64,000 bases of DNA from an uncultured Ignavibacteria bacterium (GTDB taxonomy: Bacteria > Zixibacteria > MSB-5A5 > DSPP01), in the NCBI GenBank assembly GCA_964607165.1, contig CAZSIT010000002.1, positions 46,063-110,062 of the forward strand, in the 5' to 3' direction. Every line of letters starts with the position of its first letter. Position 1 is the stretch's first letter. This document shows, piece after piece, positions 17,814 through 27,226 of the stretch. The notes beneath the pieces were generated by a model. The model saw nothing but the letters and a program-made list of their open reading frames with translations, searched no databases and had not been told where the DNA came from. Position numbers and translations under genes: made by a program.

Positions 17814-18642
17814 TTTGCAAAACGAAAAAGACCATCGAAACATTCCCTTAAACCGCGTAGGAATAAAAAATCTGCGTTACCCAGTGGAAGTTTTAGACCA
17901 AAAAGCGGGCCGGCAAAAAACGGTGGCCAACATCAGTATGTTCGTCGATTTGCCCGGCAACCTGCGCGGGACGCACCTTTCCCGCTTTGTGGAGCTGGTG
18001 CACAAATATAAAGACGAAATCGGCATCACCAACCTGGCAGGCATACTTGAAGAAGTGAAAAAAACTTTCGGCTCCAAAGACGCCTACCTGGAGCTATCTT
18101 TCCCTTACTTTATCGAAAAACAGGCGCCGGTCAGCGGGGAAAAGGGGCTTTTGGAATACCGCTGTTTTTTTGCCGCCTACCTGGCCGAAATCTACCGCGC
18201 CACGGTGGGCGTTTCCGTGCCGGTGACCATTCTTTGCCCCTGCTCCAAGGAAATCGCTTCCGCGGGGGCGCACAACCAGCGAAGTTTGGTCGGCGTTTGG
18301 GTGGAGGCCTCCCGCTTTATTTGGTTCGAGGATTTAATTACCATCGTAGAGGAAAAAGCTTCTTCTGAATTGTATTCCCTCTTGAAAAGGCCGGATGAGA
18401 AATTCGTAACTGAAAAAGCGTATGCCAATCCCCGCTTCGTGGAAGATTTGGTGCGGGAAATCAGTTTGGGGCTCGAAGCGGACGAAGAAATTACCGGCTA
18501 CCGCGTAGAAGTGGAATCTCTGGAGTCCATCCACAATCACAACGCTTATGCCTTGGTCGAACGCGGCTCCGTTTTAGGCCCCGCTACGGCGGTTCAATTC
18601 TGGTCCGCCTTAGGCGGAGAAAAAATCTCGGCCGCGTTTTAA
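17806..18642 (+). CDS. folE2: GTP cyclohydrolase FolE2/MptA family
   Basis: 'NIPLNRVGIKNLRYPV' signature of type-2 GTP cyclohydrolase I; start chosen at ATG 17806 overlapping queC by 8 nt. Confidence 0.75.
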   Translation: MRDLQNEKDHRNIPLNRVGIKNLRYPVEVLDQKAGRQKTVANISMFVDLPGNLRGTHLSRFVELVHKYKDEIGITNLAGILEEVKKTFGSKDAYLELSFPYFIEKQAPVSGEKGLLEYRCFFAAYLAEIYRATVGVSVPVTILCPCSKEIASAGAHNQRSLVGVWVEASRFIWFEDLITIVEEKASSELYSLLKRPDEKFVTEKAYANPRFVEDLVREISLGLEADEEITGYRVEVESLESIHNHNAYALVERGSVLGPATAVQFWSALGGEKISAAF

Positions 18643-18766
18643 AATTATGTAGTAGAAGTTAGAGCAACGGGTAGCCCCGGAGCCCCCGCTCCGGGGTTGT
18701 GGCAAAAAATGAAAGCAAAAAAGTTATTCTAATTGACGACCAACTCTTATTTTTTGTGAACATCTG

Positions 18767-19123
18767 ATGCCCAAACAGGCGCCACGAATCAAAAGCAAAA
18801 CTTCGGCCAACACCGGCTTATTTGCCCAAATCTATCAGTTGGTCAATTCCCTTCCCAAAGGAAAAGTTACTACATACGGAACGATTGCCCGAGCCTTGGG
18901 CAATCCTCGCCTCTCCCGCCGGGTCGGCTTTGCTCTGGCTTCTTTACCGGATGGCTCCCCCGTCCCCTGGCACCGGGTAGTGGGGAAAAATGGCATTTCG
19001 CTTCCCAATCCATACGGAGCTATCCAAAAATCGCTTTTGACCAAAGAAAAAGTCCGCTTTGCCGAAAACGGTAAACCGTTGGAGAAATATTTATGGCAAT
19101 TTCGAGCGGGAAAAAAACAATAA
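18767..19123 (+). CDS. alkyltransferase-like protein (ATL; MGMT DNA-binding domain lacking the active-site Cys)
   Basis: 118 aa; 'YGTIARALGNP' HTH and 'PWHRVV' where methyltransferases have PCHRV. Confidence 0.7.
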   Translation: MPKQAPRIKSKTSANTGLFAQIYQLVNSLPKGKVTTYGTIARALGNPRLSRRVGFALASLPDGSPVPWHRVVGKNGISLPNPYGAIQKSLLTKEKVRFAENGKPLEKYLWQFRAGKKQ

Positions 19124-19166
19124 AAGCCAACTAAACTACAAACTGTTTCGTATGTCTAATGAGTAA

Positions 19167-20336
19167 ATGAAAAGAAGAGTCGCTTATATACTTTTAGCCA
19201 GTCTATTAGGCTACACGCACGCACAGGCCAGCGACTGCACCCAAACCTCCAAGGGGTTTATCCCGCTGAACGACTTGGGCATCGGAACCTATCAAGGTTT
19301 TCAGGGTGGACTGTATCCCAATGGTCTAAACGTGCCGCCCCAGGGCCATCTGAACCCCGGTTTCGATATGGCCATCCAGATAAAGCCGCGGGATACCTCC
19401 GGGCAGGTCGACCCAAATGGTAAATATGTTCTTGTTTCGATTGGGATGTCCAATTGCACGCAGGAATTTTCAACATTTATTCCGCTGGCCAATGCCGATA
19501 CCTTCCGAAATCCCAAACTAACGATTGTTGACGGGGCCCAGGGAGGGCAAACTGCAGCGATAATTTCCAACCCCGCAGCCACTTTTTGGACGGTGGTTGA
19601 CCAACGCTTGGCCAATGCCGGGGTTACCCCAAAACAGGTGCAGATTGCCTGGTTGAAGGAAGCCAACGCCGGGCCGACCGGCCCCTTTTTACCGCATACG
19701 GAAACGCTGAAGGTTCAGCTGGGGAGAATCTGCCGGATTTTGAAGGATCGTTATCCCAACATCAAAATTTGCTATCTCGCTTCGCGGATTTACGCTGGCT
19801 ACGCTTCCACCGCCCTAAACCCGGAGCCCTATGCCTACGAGTCCGGTTTTGCAGTCAAATGGCTGATTGAACAACAGATTGACGGCGATTCGGCCTTGAA
19901 CTTCGACTCTGCCCAAAGCCCGGTGGAATCTCCTTATCTGGCCTGGGGGCCTTATTTGTGGGCGGATGGGTTGGCGCCAAGAAGCGATGGCTTAATCTGG
20001 GTATGCTCCGATTTTCAAACCGATGGAACCCATCCCGCCACTACGGGACGGGAAAAAGTGGCCAATATGCTTTTGAATTTTTTCAAAAGCGACCCGGCTG
20101 CTCAAGTTTGGTATCTCAAACAGCCCAAAGGACGGGGAGATTTAAACGGCGACGGCCTGCTTTCCGGCGCCGATGTGGTTTTGCTGTTGAATTTGACTTT
20201 CCTCGGCCTGCAGGCTCCCACCGGCGGACTGTTCGCTGTTGACTTGAACTGTTCCGGCTTCCCCGACTCACCGGACGTGGTAATACTTCTGAACGCCGCT
20301 TTTCTGGGAGACCCTCTGCCGGCACCTTGTAATTAA
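19167..20336 (+). CDS. secreted SGNH/GDSL-like hydrolase with C-terminal Cys-containing dockerin-like double repeat
   Basis: 389 aa; signal peptide; 'DGTHP' resembling SGNH block V; C-terminus 'GDLNGDGLLSGADVVLLLNLTFLG...VDLNCSGFPDSPDVVILLNAAFLG...PCN'. Confidence 0.55.
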   Translation: MKRRVAYILLASLLGYTHAQASDCTQTSKGFIPLNDLGIGTYQGFQGGLYPNGLNVPPQGHLNPGFDMAIQIKPRDTSGQVDPNGKYVLVSIGMSNCTQEFSTFIPLANADTFRNPKLTIVDGAQGGQTAAIISNPAATFWTVVDQRLANAGVTPKQVQIAWLKEANAGPTGPFLPHTETLKVQLGRICRILKDRYPNIKICYLASRIYAGYASTALNPEPYAYESGFAVKWLIEQQIDGDSALNFDSAQSPVESPYLAWGPYLWADGLAPRSDGLIWVCSDFQTDGTHPATTGREKVANMLLNFFKSDPAAQVWYLKQPKGRGDLNGDGLLSGADVVLLLNLTFLGLQAPTGGLFAVDLNCSGFPDSPDVVILLNAAFLGDPLPAPCN

Positions 20337-20399
20337 ACTACTTAGGGCGTCCTTCAAGCCTAAAACGCTCGCAAAGAACGATACAACTCTAACAAAAAA

Positions 20400-22763
20400 T
20401 TATGCCTGGAGCTGCGGCTTCGGAGTTGGTTTGGAGGGACCGAACTGGAAGGCGGCTAAAAATTCTTTCAAGTCGGCGGCCAGGTCACCTGCGCGCTGGT
20501 AGCGCTGGAGCGGGTCTTTGGAAATAGCCCGCATAGTTACCCGGTTCAAAACAACGGGTATATTTTCGTTTTTCTCTACAACTGGCGGTGGGTTATGGTT
20601 GATGATGTTGTAAATTAGCTGGCTCAAGTTTTCGCCTCGGAAAGGTTTCTCGCGGGTTAAAAATTCGTAGAGCACTACGCCCAGAGCGAAGATGTCGGAA
20701 CGGCGATCCACCGGCAGGCCTTGGAGCTGTTCGGGGGAAATATAATTAGGCGTGCCCATTGCGATTCCGGTTTGGGTCATCGAACTGGAAGTCTCCAAAC
20801 GGGCAATGCCAAAGTCCATCACCTTGACCTGGAAGTTGTTCAAGACCATGATGTTGGCCGGTTTGATGTCGCGATGGACGATGCCCCGGTCGTGGGCGTA
20901 GTCCAATGCGTCGCAGGCCTGAACGGTCAACTTGGCGACTATTTTGTAGTTCAAATCGACCTTGCGCTTGATTATCTCCTCCAAGGTGAAGCCTTCGAGA
21001 TACTCCATCGCAATATACTGTAAATCTCCCTCGTGCCCGACGTCATAGATGGTGACGATATTGGGGTGCGACAATTTTCCGGCTGCTTTCGCTTCGCGGA
21101 CCAAGCGTTCTTTTAATTCTTGAATTTCATCTTCATTAGCCACCGCGTCCAGGCGAATGGTTTTTAAGGCCACCAGGCGGTCAATGGCGGGGTCCAAACC
21201 TTTGTAAACGGTTCCCATCGCTCCTTTGCCCAGAACCTCCAGAATTTCGTAGCGGCCCAACATTTTGGGCTTATCGGCCGGCTGCGGAGGGGGCGTTTTG
21301 GGAGTAGGCGAAATATGTTCATATAAAGTTTGCCCGACGGCGATGATATCTGGTTCGGAAACCGCTTCGGTTCGCGTAAAAACTTCGGGAGTGGAAAGAC
21401 CTTCACGGCTGGCAATCGCCTCGGTTTGCTCTTCGGATTTTGCTTCTTCCGGTTTTTCTCCCAAGTGAGTGGTGGATTCCAGTTCCTGGTCTCTGTATAC
21501 CGGAGCGTAACCGGTTGCTTGCGCCTCTTGTTCTTGGCGTTTTGGTTTAAGTACGGGGCAGGCCCCGATAAAGCACAAAAGCTCCAAAACCGGATAGAAG
21601 GTCTTGGTTAAAACTCCGAAAGAACTAAAAAGGATAAAGCAGAGATTCAATAGCGCCACCAAAAAGACCCCCAAAATAATCAGCCGATAAGCCAGAGAAA
21701 CCTGCGGCAAAATTACCGCCGCCAGAACGCCAATCATTATCAAAATAAATAAATCCAGCATTCGGGAAAGACTCGAAGTTTTTATAAAGTGGTGATGAAT
21801 GATATTTTCCACCAAATTGGCGGTTAGCTCTGCCTGCGGCAGACTCCCATCCACGGGAGTGGCAAATGTGCGTGCCAGTCCAAAGGAAGGCTGGCTTAAA
21901 ATCACCACTTTACCGGCCAGGCCGTTTGGATCAATTTTTCCCTCCAGAACCTCCGAAAGGGCAAAGGTTTTAAAGCTGCCGGAGGGACCGGAGTAGTTGA
22001 CAAAAAGATGCCCCTTCGAGTCGGTTGGAATAAGGGTATTCCCCAACTTTACGCCTTTACCCGGAATCATTTTTAACTGGGTCAAATCCAATCCCCAGAA
22101 CAGCCGCGCCGCCGTGAGAGCTAAAGCGGGGTAGTAAGAACCCTCAAAATTTACGAGAAGTGGATGCCAACGAACTTTGGCATCTATGTCGACCGTCTGG
22201 CTATTATGTCCTGCTCCGGCAGCCTTTTCCAAAAACCAGCGGTCGGGATAAGTTAATGCCCGCGCGGGCACGGCCATCCTGGACTTAAAATTATCCTCAA
22301 AATCAATTGACGATAAAGCGTGCCGGGTCAAATAAACCGGAGCTGTGGAAGCGCTTGAAACCTCCCCGGCAGGAGAAAACGTAAAAGGCGCTACCACATT
22401 TTTGTTGCGCTCCAAAACTTCGGCTAAAAGATACATTCCCCGCGCGGTGGTATCGGTCTCGTCCACCAGGGGTTGGATCAAATCCAAGGTTATAACCCGC
22501 GGGTGATACAAAGACAAGGCATTCAAGATTCCCGCCCAGCGCTCCCGGCTCCAGGGGTAATGCCCCAAAAAGTCGGCGGCACGGCTGTCGATGGTAACCA
22601 GCACGACTTCCTGGCCCACCGATTGGCTACCACGAAGACGGAACATTTGGTCGGAAATCTTTAGGTCCCATTTTTCCAAAAGCGTGTGGTGATCCAAGTA
22701 TAAAGCGACCACAAAACCAGCTATTAGAATGTAAAGTATGAAACCCTGAAATTTTTTCAGCAT
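20400..22763 (-). CDS. CHASE2 sensor domain - transmembrane - Ser/Thr protein kinase
   Basis: 787 aa; N-terminal extracytoplasmic CHASE2-like domain, TM cluster, Hanks kinase motifs 'LGKGAMGTVYKG', 'HRDIKPANIM', 'DFGIA'. Confidence 0.8.
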   Translation of the reverse strand: MLKKFQGFILYILIAGFVVALYLDHHTLLEKWDLKISDQMFRLRGSQSVGQEVVLVTIDSRAADFLGHYPWSRERWAGILNALSLYHPRVITLDLIQPLVDETDTTARGMYLLAEVLERNKNVVAPFTFSPAGEVSSASTAPVYLTRHALSSIDFEDNFKSRMAVPARALTYPDRWFLEKAAGAGHNSQTVDIDAKVRWHPLLVNFEGSYYPALALTAARLFWGLDLTQLKMIPGKGVKLGNTLIPTDSKGHLFVNYSGPSGSFKTFALSEVLEGKIDPNGLAGKVVILSQPSFGLARTFATPVDGSLPQAELTANLVENIIHHHFIKTSSLSRMLDLFILIMIGVLAAVILPQVSLAYRLIILGVFLVALLNLCFILFSSFGVLTKTFYPVLELLCFIGACPVLKPKRQEQEAQATGYAPVYRDQELESTTHLGEKPEEAKSEEQTEAIASREGLSTPEVFTRTEAVSEPDIIAVGQTLYEHISPTPKTPPPQPADKPKMLGRYEILEVLGKGAMGTVYKGLDPAIDRLVALKTIRLDAVANEDEIQELKERLVREAKAAGKLSHPNIVTIYDVGHEGDLQYIAMEYLEGFTLEEIIKRKVDLNYKIVAKLTVQACDALDYAHDRGIVHRDIKPANIMVLNNFQVKVMDFGIARLETSSSMTQTGIAMGTPNYISPEQLQGLPVDRRSDIFALGVVLYEFLTREKPFRGENLSQLIYNIINHNPPPVVEKNENIPVVLNRVTMRAISKDPLQRYQRAGDLAADLKEFLAAFQFGPSKPTPKPQLQA

Positions 22764-23492
22764 TTAGCGTCCCGCCGAAATCCGTTCAATCAAATATTCC
22801 GGCAAGCTCAAAGCCTTCATTTTTCTTTGGGCCGTGCCCACATCGTAGGGCACCCGCCGCAAAACCGCCTCTTGCGAAACGGAATCATAAAGCAAATAAC
22901 AAGCCTTGGGGTTGCCGTCGCGCGGCTGCCCCACCGAGCCGATATTGATGATGTAGCGCCAATCCGGCTCCAAAACAATCAAGTTTTCGGGGTACAGGGA
23001 AGCCTGCTCCTCCTTGAATTTGCGAATTATCAAAGGTTTATGCGAATGGCCGATTAAACAGACTTGACTTTCAAAAAACTTGAAATTTTCTTCGGCATCG
23101 TCCAGATCCAAAAGGTATTCCCATTCCAGGGGGTCTTTGGGGGTGGCATGCACCAAATGTAAGTTGTCTATATTATCCTGAACTTTAAACCGAGAAAGTA
23201 AATCGATGGATTCGGCGCTTAGCACCTCTTTGGTCCATTCTATCGAAAGACGGGCGTATTGATTGAACTGCAGGGTATCCAGCTGTCCCAGAGCGGCATA
23301 GTCATGATTGCCCATAAGCCTGACAGGTGTTGCTTTACAAATTTCTTTTACGCACAAATTGGGGTCGGCGCCGTAGCCGACCGCATCGCCTAAAAAATAG
23401 GAGCGCTCAACTTTTTCCCTGGAAAAATCGGCCAAAACGGCCGACAGCGCTTCCCAGTTGGCGTGGACGTCCGAATAGAACGCCAGCTTCAT
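22764..23492 (-). CDS. metallophosphoesterase (calcineurin-like phosphoesterase) family protein
   Basis: 242 aa; 'YSDVH', 'GDAVGYG', 'GNHD' motifs; directly abuts kinase gene. Confidence 0.7.
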   Translation of the reverse strand: MKLAFYSDVHANWEALSAVLADFSREKVERSYFLGDAVGYGADPNLCVKEICKATPVRLMGNHDYAALGQLDTLQFNQYARLSIEWTKEVLSAESIDLLSRFKVQDNIDNLHLVHATPKDPLEWEYLLDLDDAEENFKFFESQVCLIGHSHKPLIIRKFKEEQASLYPENLIVLEPDWRYIINIGSVGQPRDGNPKACYLLYDSVSQEAVLRRVPYDVGTAQRKMKALSLPEYLIERISAGR

Positions 23493-24184
23493 CTATTTTG
23501 TCCTTCAATAAACCGAAAAATCGATTTGCCTACCTGAATGATATCGTCGTTGCGCAAAACGTAGCGGTCCACGGCCTCACCGTTCACTTTTACCCGGCCG
23601 GCCCGGCCGACGTTGACCAAAACCCAGCGCCCCTCTTCCGAAACTAATTTGGCCTGAATGCCGGAAAGGAAAAAGCCTTTGGCTTTCACGTTGACAAATT
23701 TTGACTTTCCAATGGTAACAACATCGCGCTCCAGCCTAAACTCTTTGGTTTCGGTATTCAGTTCCCCTTTCAGAATCGGGCCGCCAAATTTTTCCACCAG
23801 AGCCCGCTCGCGGGCATCCCGCTCAACCAGTTCCTTATGGCGCCTGGTTTTTAGAACCATCGTGCCATCCAAGTGTTCCGGTCTCATGGCTTTTTCGGCG
23901 GTGTTGTGGAACACCAGCGAGTACTTACCAATGGTAATCACGTCGTTGTCTTTCAACAACTCCTCGCTAACCTTGCGATTGTTGACAAAAGTGCCGTTTA
24001 AGCTGTCGTTGTCGATGATAATTGCGTTGGGGCCGTTGAATTCAATCTGGGCGTGGCGGCGGGAAACTCCGCGATTATCCAAAATTATATCGTTGTCGGA
24101 CGTCCGCCCGATGGTAATCCGCTTTTTTTCGGTCACCACCCGCTCAATAACCTTGTTTTCGTATTTTACGATAATCTCCGGCAT
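23489..24184 (-). CDS. tandem FHA-domain protein
   Basis: Two FHA cores ('ITIGRTSDNDIILDNRGVSRRHAQIEF' and 'VTIGKSKFVNV..'); ATG 24184 has AAGGAG RBS, annotated upstream ATG 24220 does not; ATGA overlap with phosphoesterase gene. Confidence 0.75.
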   Translation of the reverse strand: MPEIIVKYENKVIERVVTEKKRITIGRTSDNDIILDNRGVSRRHAQIEFNGPNAIIIDNDSLNGTFVNNRKVSEELLKDNDVITIGKYSLVFHNTAEKAMRPEHLDGTMVLKTRRHKELVERDARERALVEKFGGPILKGELNTETKEFRLERDVVTIGKSKFVNVKAKGFFLSGIQAKLVSEEGRWVLVNVGRAGRVKVNGEAVDRYVLRNDDIIQVGKSIFRFIEGQNR

Positions 24185-24288
24185 ATCCGGCTCTCCTTTC
24201 CCGCTTTCTGGAAATCCCACGCCCTTGTTAAAACAATTTCAGAAATCCGCAGCTTGTCGGGCAGGACAAGCTCACTTATATTTGTCGG

Positions 24289-25273
24289 TATGAAGGTGGG
24301 TAACTTGAGCATACAGGGGAAAGTCCTCCTTTCCCCTATGGCGGGGGTGACAGATATCACCTTCCGGATGCTGGCCAAGCGCTTGGGGGCCTCTATGGTC
24401 TATTCCGAAATGATATCCGCTGACGGGCTTTCACGCGGAAATGCCAAAACCGAGCGGTATATGGAGTTTCACGAAAGCGAGCGCCCCATCGGCTTCCAGC
24501 TTTTTGGCTGCGACCCGTATGTTATGGGGGAAGCGGCGCGCAAAGCTTCCGCCCTTAAACCGGATATTATGGATATCAATTTCGGTTGCCCGGTGCACAA
24601 GGTGACCAAAAAAAACGGCGGCTCTTCGCTTTTGCGTGATTTGAAGCTGTTTGCGCAAATCATCAAGGCAGTAATCAAAGGTTCCTCCGTGCCGGTGACG
24701 GTCAAAATCCGTTCCGGCTGGGACCATAGCTCCATCATCGCTCCGGAAGCGGCCCGAATCGCCGAAGATTTGGGAGCGGTAGCTTTGACCATCCATCCCC
24801 GCACCCGCCAGCAGATGTTTGAAGGCAAAGCGGACTGGTCGGTGATTGCCCGGGTGAAAGAAGCGGTAAATATTCCGGTGGTGGGGAACGGGGATATTAA
24901 TTCTGTGGAGGATGCCCAAAGGATGTTAGACCAAACCGGCTGCGATGCGGTGATGATTGCCCGCGCCGCTTTGGGAAACCCCTGGATTTTGGGGCAGATT
25001 CACCACTACCTTGAAACTAAAGAAAAAATCGCCGAAGCTTCCGTGGCGGAAAAAGCGGCAGTCTGTTTGGAGCACGCCGAACAGTTATGCGCCCGAGTGG
25101 GCGAAGGGTTGGGAATGAAAGAGATGCGCAAGCACATCGCCTGGTATATTAAAGGTTTCCCAAAGGCCTCCGAACTGCGCCAGAAAATTAATACCCTGGA
25201 GACTTTTGAACAATTAAAAGGATTACTTTTGCCCTACTGCGAACCGGCAGAGAAGGTTGATGAGGCGGCGTGA
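24289..25273 (+). CDS. dusB: tRNA-dihydrouridine synthase
   Basis: 'LSPMAGVTD' N-terminal motif, TIM-barrel Dus family; start chosen at ATG 24289. Confidence 0.8.
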
Positions 25274-26061
25274 AGAATTCCAATCACAAAACCGGGGGGT
25301 TACAATGGCCCGCGTTGGAAAAAGTTCTGGGAGAACTTTCGCGCGGACGGCTCTCCCTGCCGGATGCCTACCAGCGGCTTAAGACCCTCCCATTTGAAGA
25401 CTTAGGTTTCGCCAAGTTAGACCACCACCGCAAACTGCGCAAAGGCTTCCCGGAAGTGGTCTGGGCTGCCGGCAAAACTTTTCCTCAGCTGAAAAAGATT
25501 GTCGAAGCGCTTGCCCGCCAGGATTGCGGCGTTCTTATCACCCGGCTCGAGCCGGCGGTTGCAGCCAAACTGAAAAGAACCTTTGCGAAAGCCATTCATA
25601 ACTCCAGCGCCAAAGCTCTCTTTCTTCCGGCTACTCAAAGGCCGTTTCGCTTGGGCCAAATCGGCGTTCTTTCCGCCGGTACCTCCGACCAGCCGGTGGC
25701 GGAAGAAGCGGCTTTTACCGCCGAAAGTTTGGGGGCGGAAGTGGAGCGAATCTACGACGTCGGCATAGCGGGAATTCATCGCCTGTTGGCGCATCTGCCA
25801 AAGTTGGAAGACGCTTCCGTTTTAATCGTGGTGGCTGGAATGGAAGGGGCCCTGCCCTCGGTTGTAGCAGGCCTGGTAGACAAGCCGGTAATTGCCGTGC
25901 CAACTTCGGTCGGTTATGGCACACACTTGGGAGGTCTGACGCCGCTTTTAGCTATGCTCAACTCTTGCGCTACCGGCGTAGTGGTGGTCAACGTGGACAA
26001 CGGATTCGGAGCGGGATATGCGGCGGCCACCTTTGCCCGGCAGGTCAAAAAGCAAAGATGA
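25270..26061 (+). CDS. larB: LarB-like (PurE/AIR-carboxylase fold) nickel-pincer cofactor biosynthesis protein
   Basis: 263 aa; PurE-like 'VLSAGTSDQPVAEEA' and C-terminal LarB-type region; ATGA overlap with larC. Confidence 0.65.
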   Translation: MKNSNHKTGGLQWPALEKVLGELSRGRLSLPDAYQRLKTLPFEDLGFAKLDHHRKLRKGFPEVVWAAGKTFPQLKKIVEALARQDCGVLITRLEPAVAAKLKRTFAKAIHNSSAKALFLPATQRPFRLGQIGVLSAGTSDQPVAEEAAFTAESLGAEVERIYDVGIAGIHRLLAHLPKLEDASVLIVVAGMEGALPSVVAGLVDKPVIAVPTSVGYGTHLGGLTPLLAMLNSCATGVVVVNVDNGFGAGYAAATFARQVKKQR

Positions 26062-27221
26062 AAATTTTGTATTTCGACTTGGTCGGCGGCGCCTCTGGGG
26101 ATATGATTCTGGGAGGACTCGTCGATTTGGGCCTGTCGCTCGACCATTTGAAAAACGAATGGGGCAAACTGGGGCTTTCCGGCTGGAAAGTCGAAGTCGA
26201 AAAAACCGAACGGCAACATATCGGCGCTACGCGTTTGAAAATTGAAATCCCGGAAGAAAAAAGCCACCGGCATTTGAGCCACTTTAAGAAACTTTTAGAC
26301 GATTCGTCCCTTTCCGAAAAGGTAAAAGCGCAGGCCTATTCGATTTTTCTGCGTTTGGCGGAAGCGGAAGCCACGGTGCACCGCACTACCATCGAGAAAG
26401 TGCATTTTCACGAAGTGGGCGGGTTGGATACGCTTTTGGACGTGACCGGTGCAGTTATCGGATTCGATTATTTCGGAATCGAGAAGTTTTACACTTCTCC
26501 TTTCCCTATTGGCAAGGGGAGCATCACAGCTTCACACGGGACAATGCCGGTGCCGCCTCCCGCCGTTGCCGAACTGGTCTCCGGCTTTCCGGTGCGGCAG
26601 ACTGAAGTCGAAGGTGAGCAGGTAACCCCGACCGGTTCAGCCATTATCACAGCTCTGGCGACTTATGAGCCGAAGCTTTCGTTCGAAGCCGGAAAGGTCG
26701 GCTATGGTGCGGGAAAATCAGATTTCAAAGAAGCGCCAAATCTATTGCGGCTCTGGCTTGGCGAGCAAAAGGAAACTTTCGCCGGGGACGAAGTGACGGT
26801 CTTGGAAACGCAAATCGACAACACCGCGCCGGAGCTTTTGGGATTCCTTTCCGAAAACTTGATGAGTTTAGGTGCCTTGGATGCTTACTTCACCCCGATT
26901 TTGATGAAAAAAAACCGCCCGGCCCAGCTTTTGACCGTTTTGTGTCTGCCGAAAAATGAGGCCATTCTGACTCAAGCGATTTTTGCCGAGACCGGCTCGA
27001 TTGGCATTCGCTACAAAAGTGCTCACCGGCATAAACTGCAACGCGAAGCAGTAGAAATCGACACAGTTTTCGGCAAACTGAAAGCCAAACGGGCCTGGGC
27101 AGATGGAACCGAGAAAATTTCACCTGAATTTGAGGATTGCGCCCGCGTGGCGCGGGAAAGAAACATTCCTCTCCGCGAGATTTACGAAGCGGTTTTGGTC
27201 GCCTGGAAAAAGAAAAACTAA
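26058..27221 (+). CDS. larC: LarC-like nickel insertion protein (DUF111)
   Basis: 388 aa; N-terminal 'MKILYFDLVGGASGDM' hallmark of DUF111/LarC. Confidence 0.7.
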   Translation: MKILYFDLVGGASGDMILGGLVDLGLSLDHLKNEWGKLGLSGWKVEVEKTERQHIGATRLKIEIPEEKSHRHLSHFKKLLDDSSLSEKVKAQAYSIFLRLAEAEATVHRTTIEKVHFHEVGGLDTLLDVTGAVIGFDYFGIEKFYTSPFPIGKGSITASHGTMPVPPPAVAELVSGFPVRQTEVEGEQVTPTGSAIITALATYEPKLSFEAGKVGYGAGKSDFKEAPNLLRLWLGEQKETFAGDEVTVLETQIDNTAPELLGFLSENLMSLGALDAYFTPILMKKNRPAQLLTVLCLPKNEAILTQAIFAETGSIGIRYKSAHRHKLQREAVEIDTVFGKLKAKRAWADGTEKISPEFEDCARVARERNIPLREIYEAVLVAWKKKN

Positions 27222-27226
27222 AAAAA

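Noticed and set aside
18672-18700. Hairpin CCCCGGAGC-ccc-GCTCCGGGG after folE2 as an intrinsic terminator
   Set aside because: The following sequence TTGTGGCAAAAAATG lacks a U-tract. It may still be a weak terminator but was not called.
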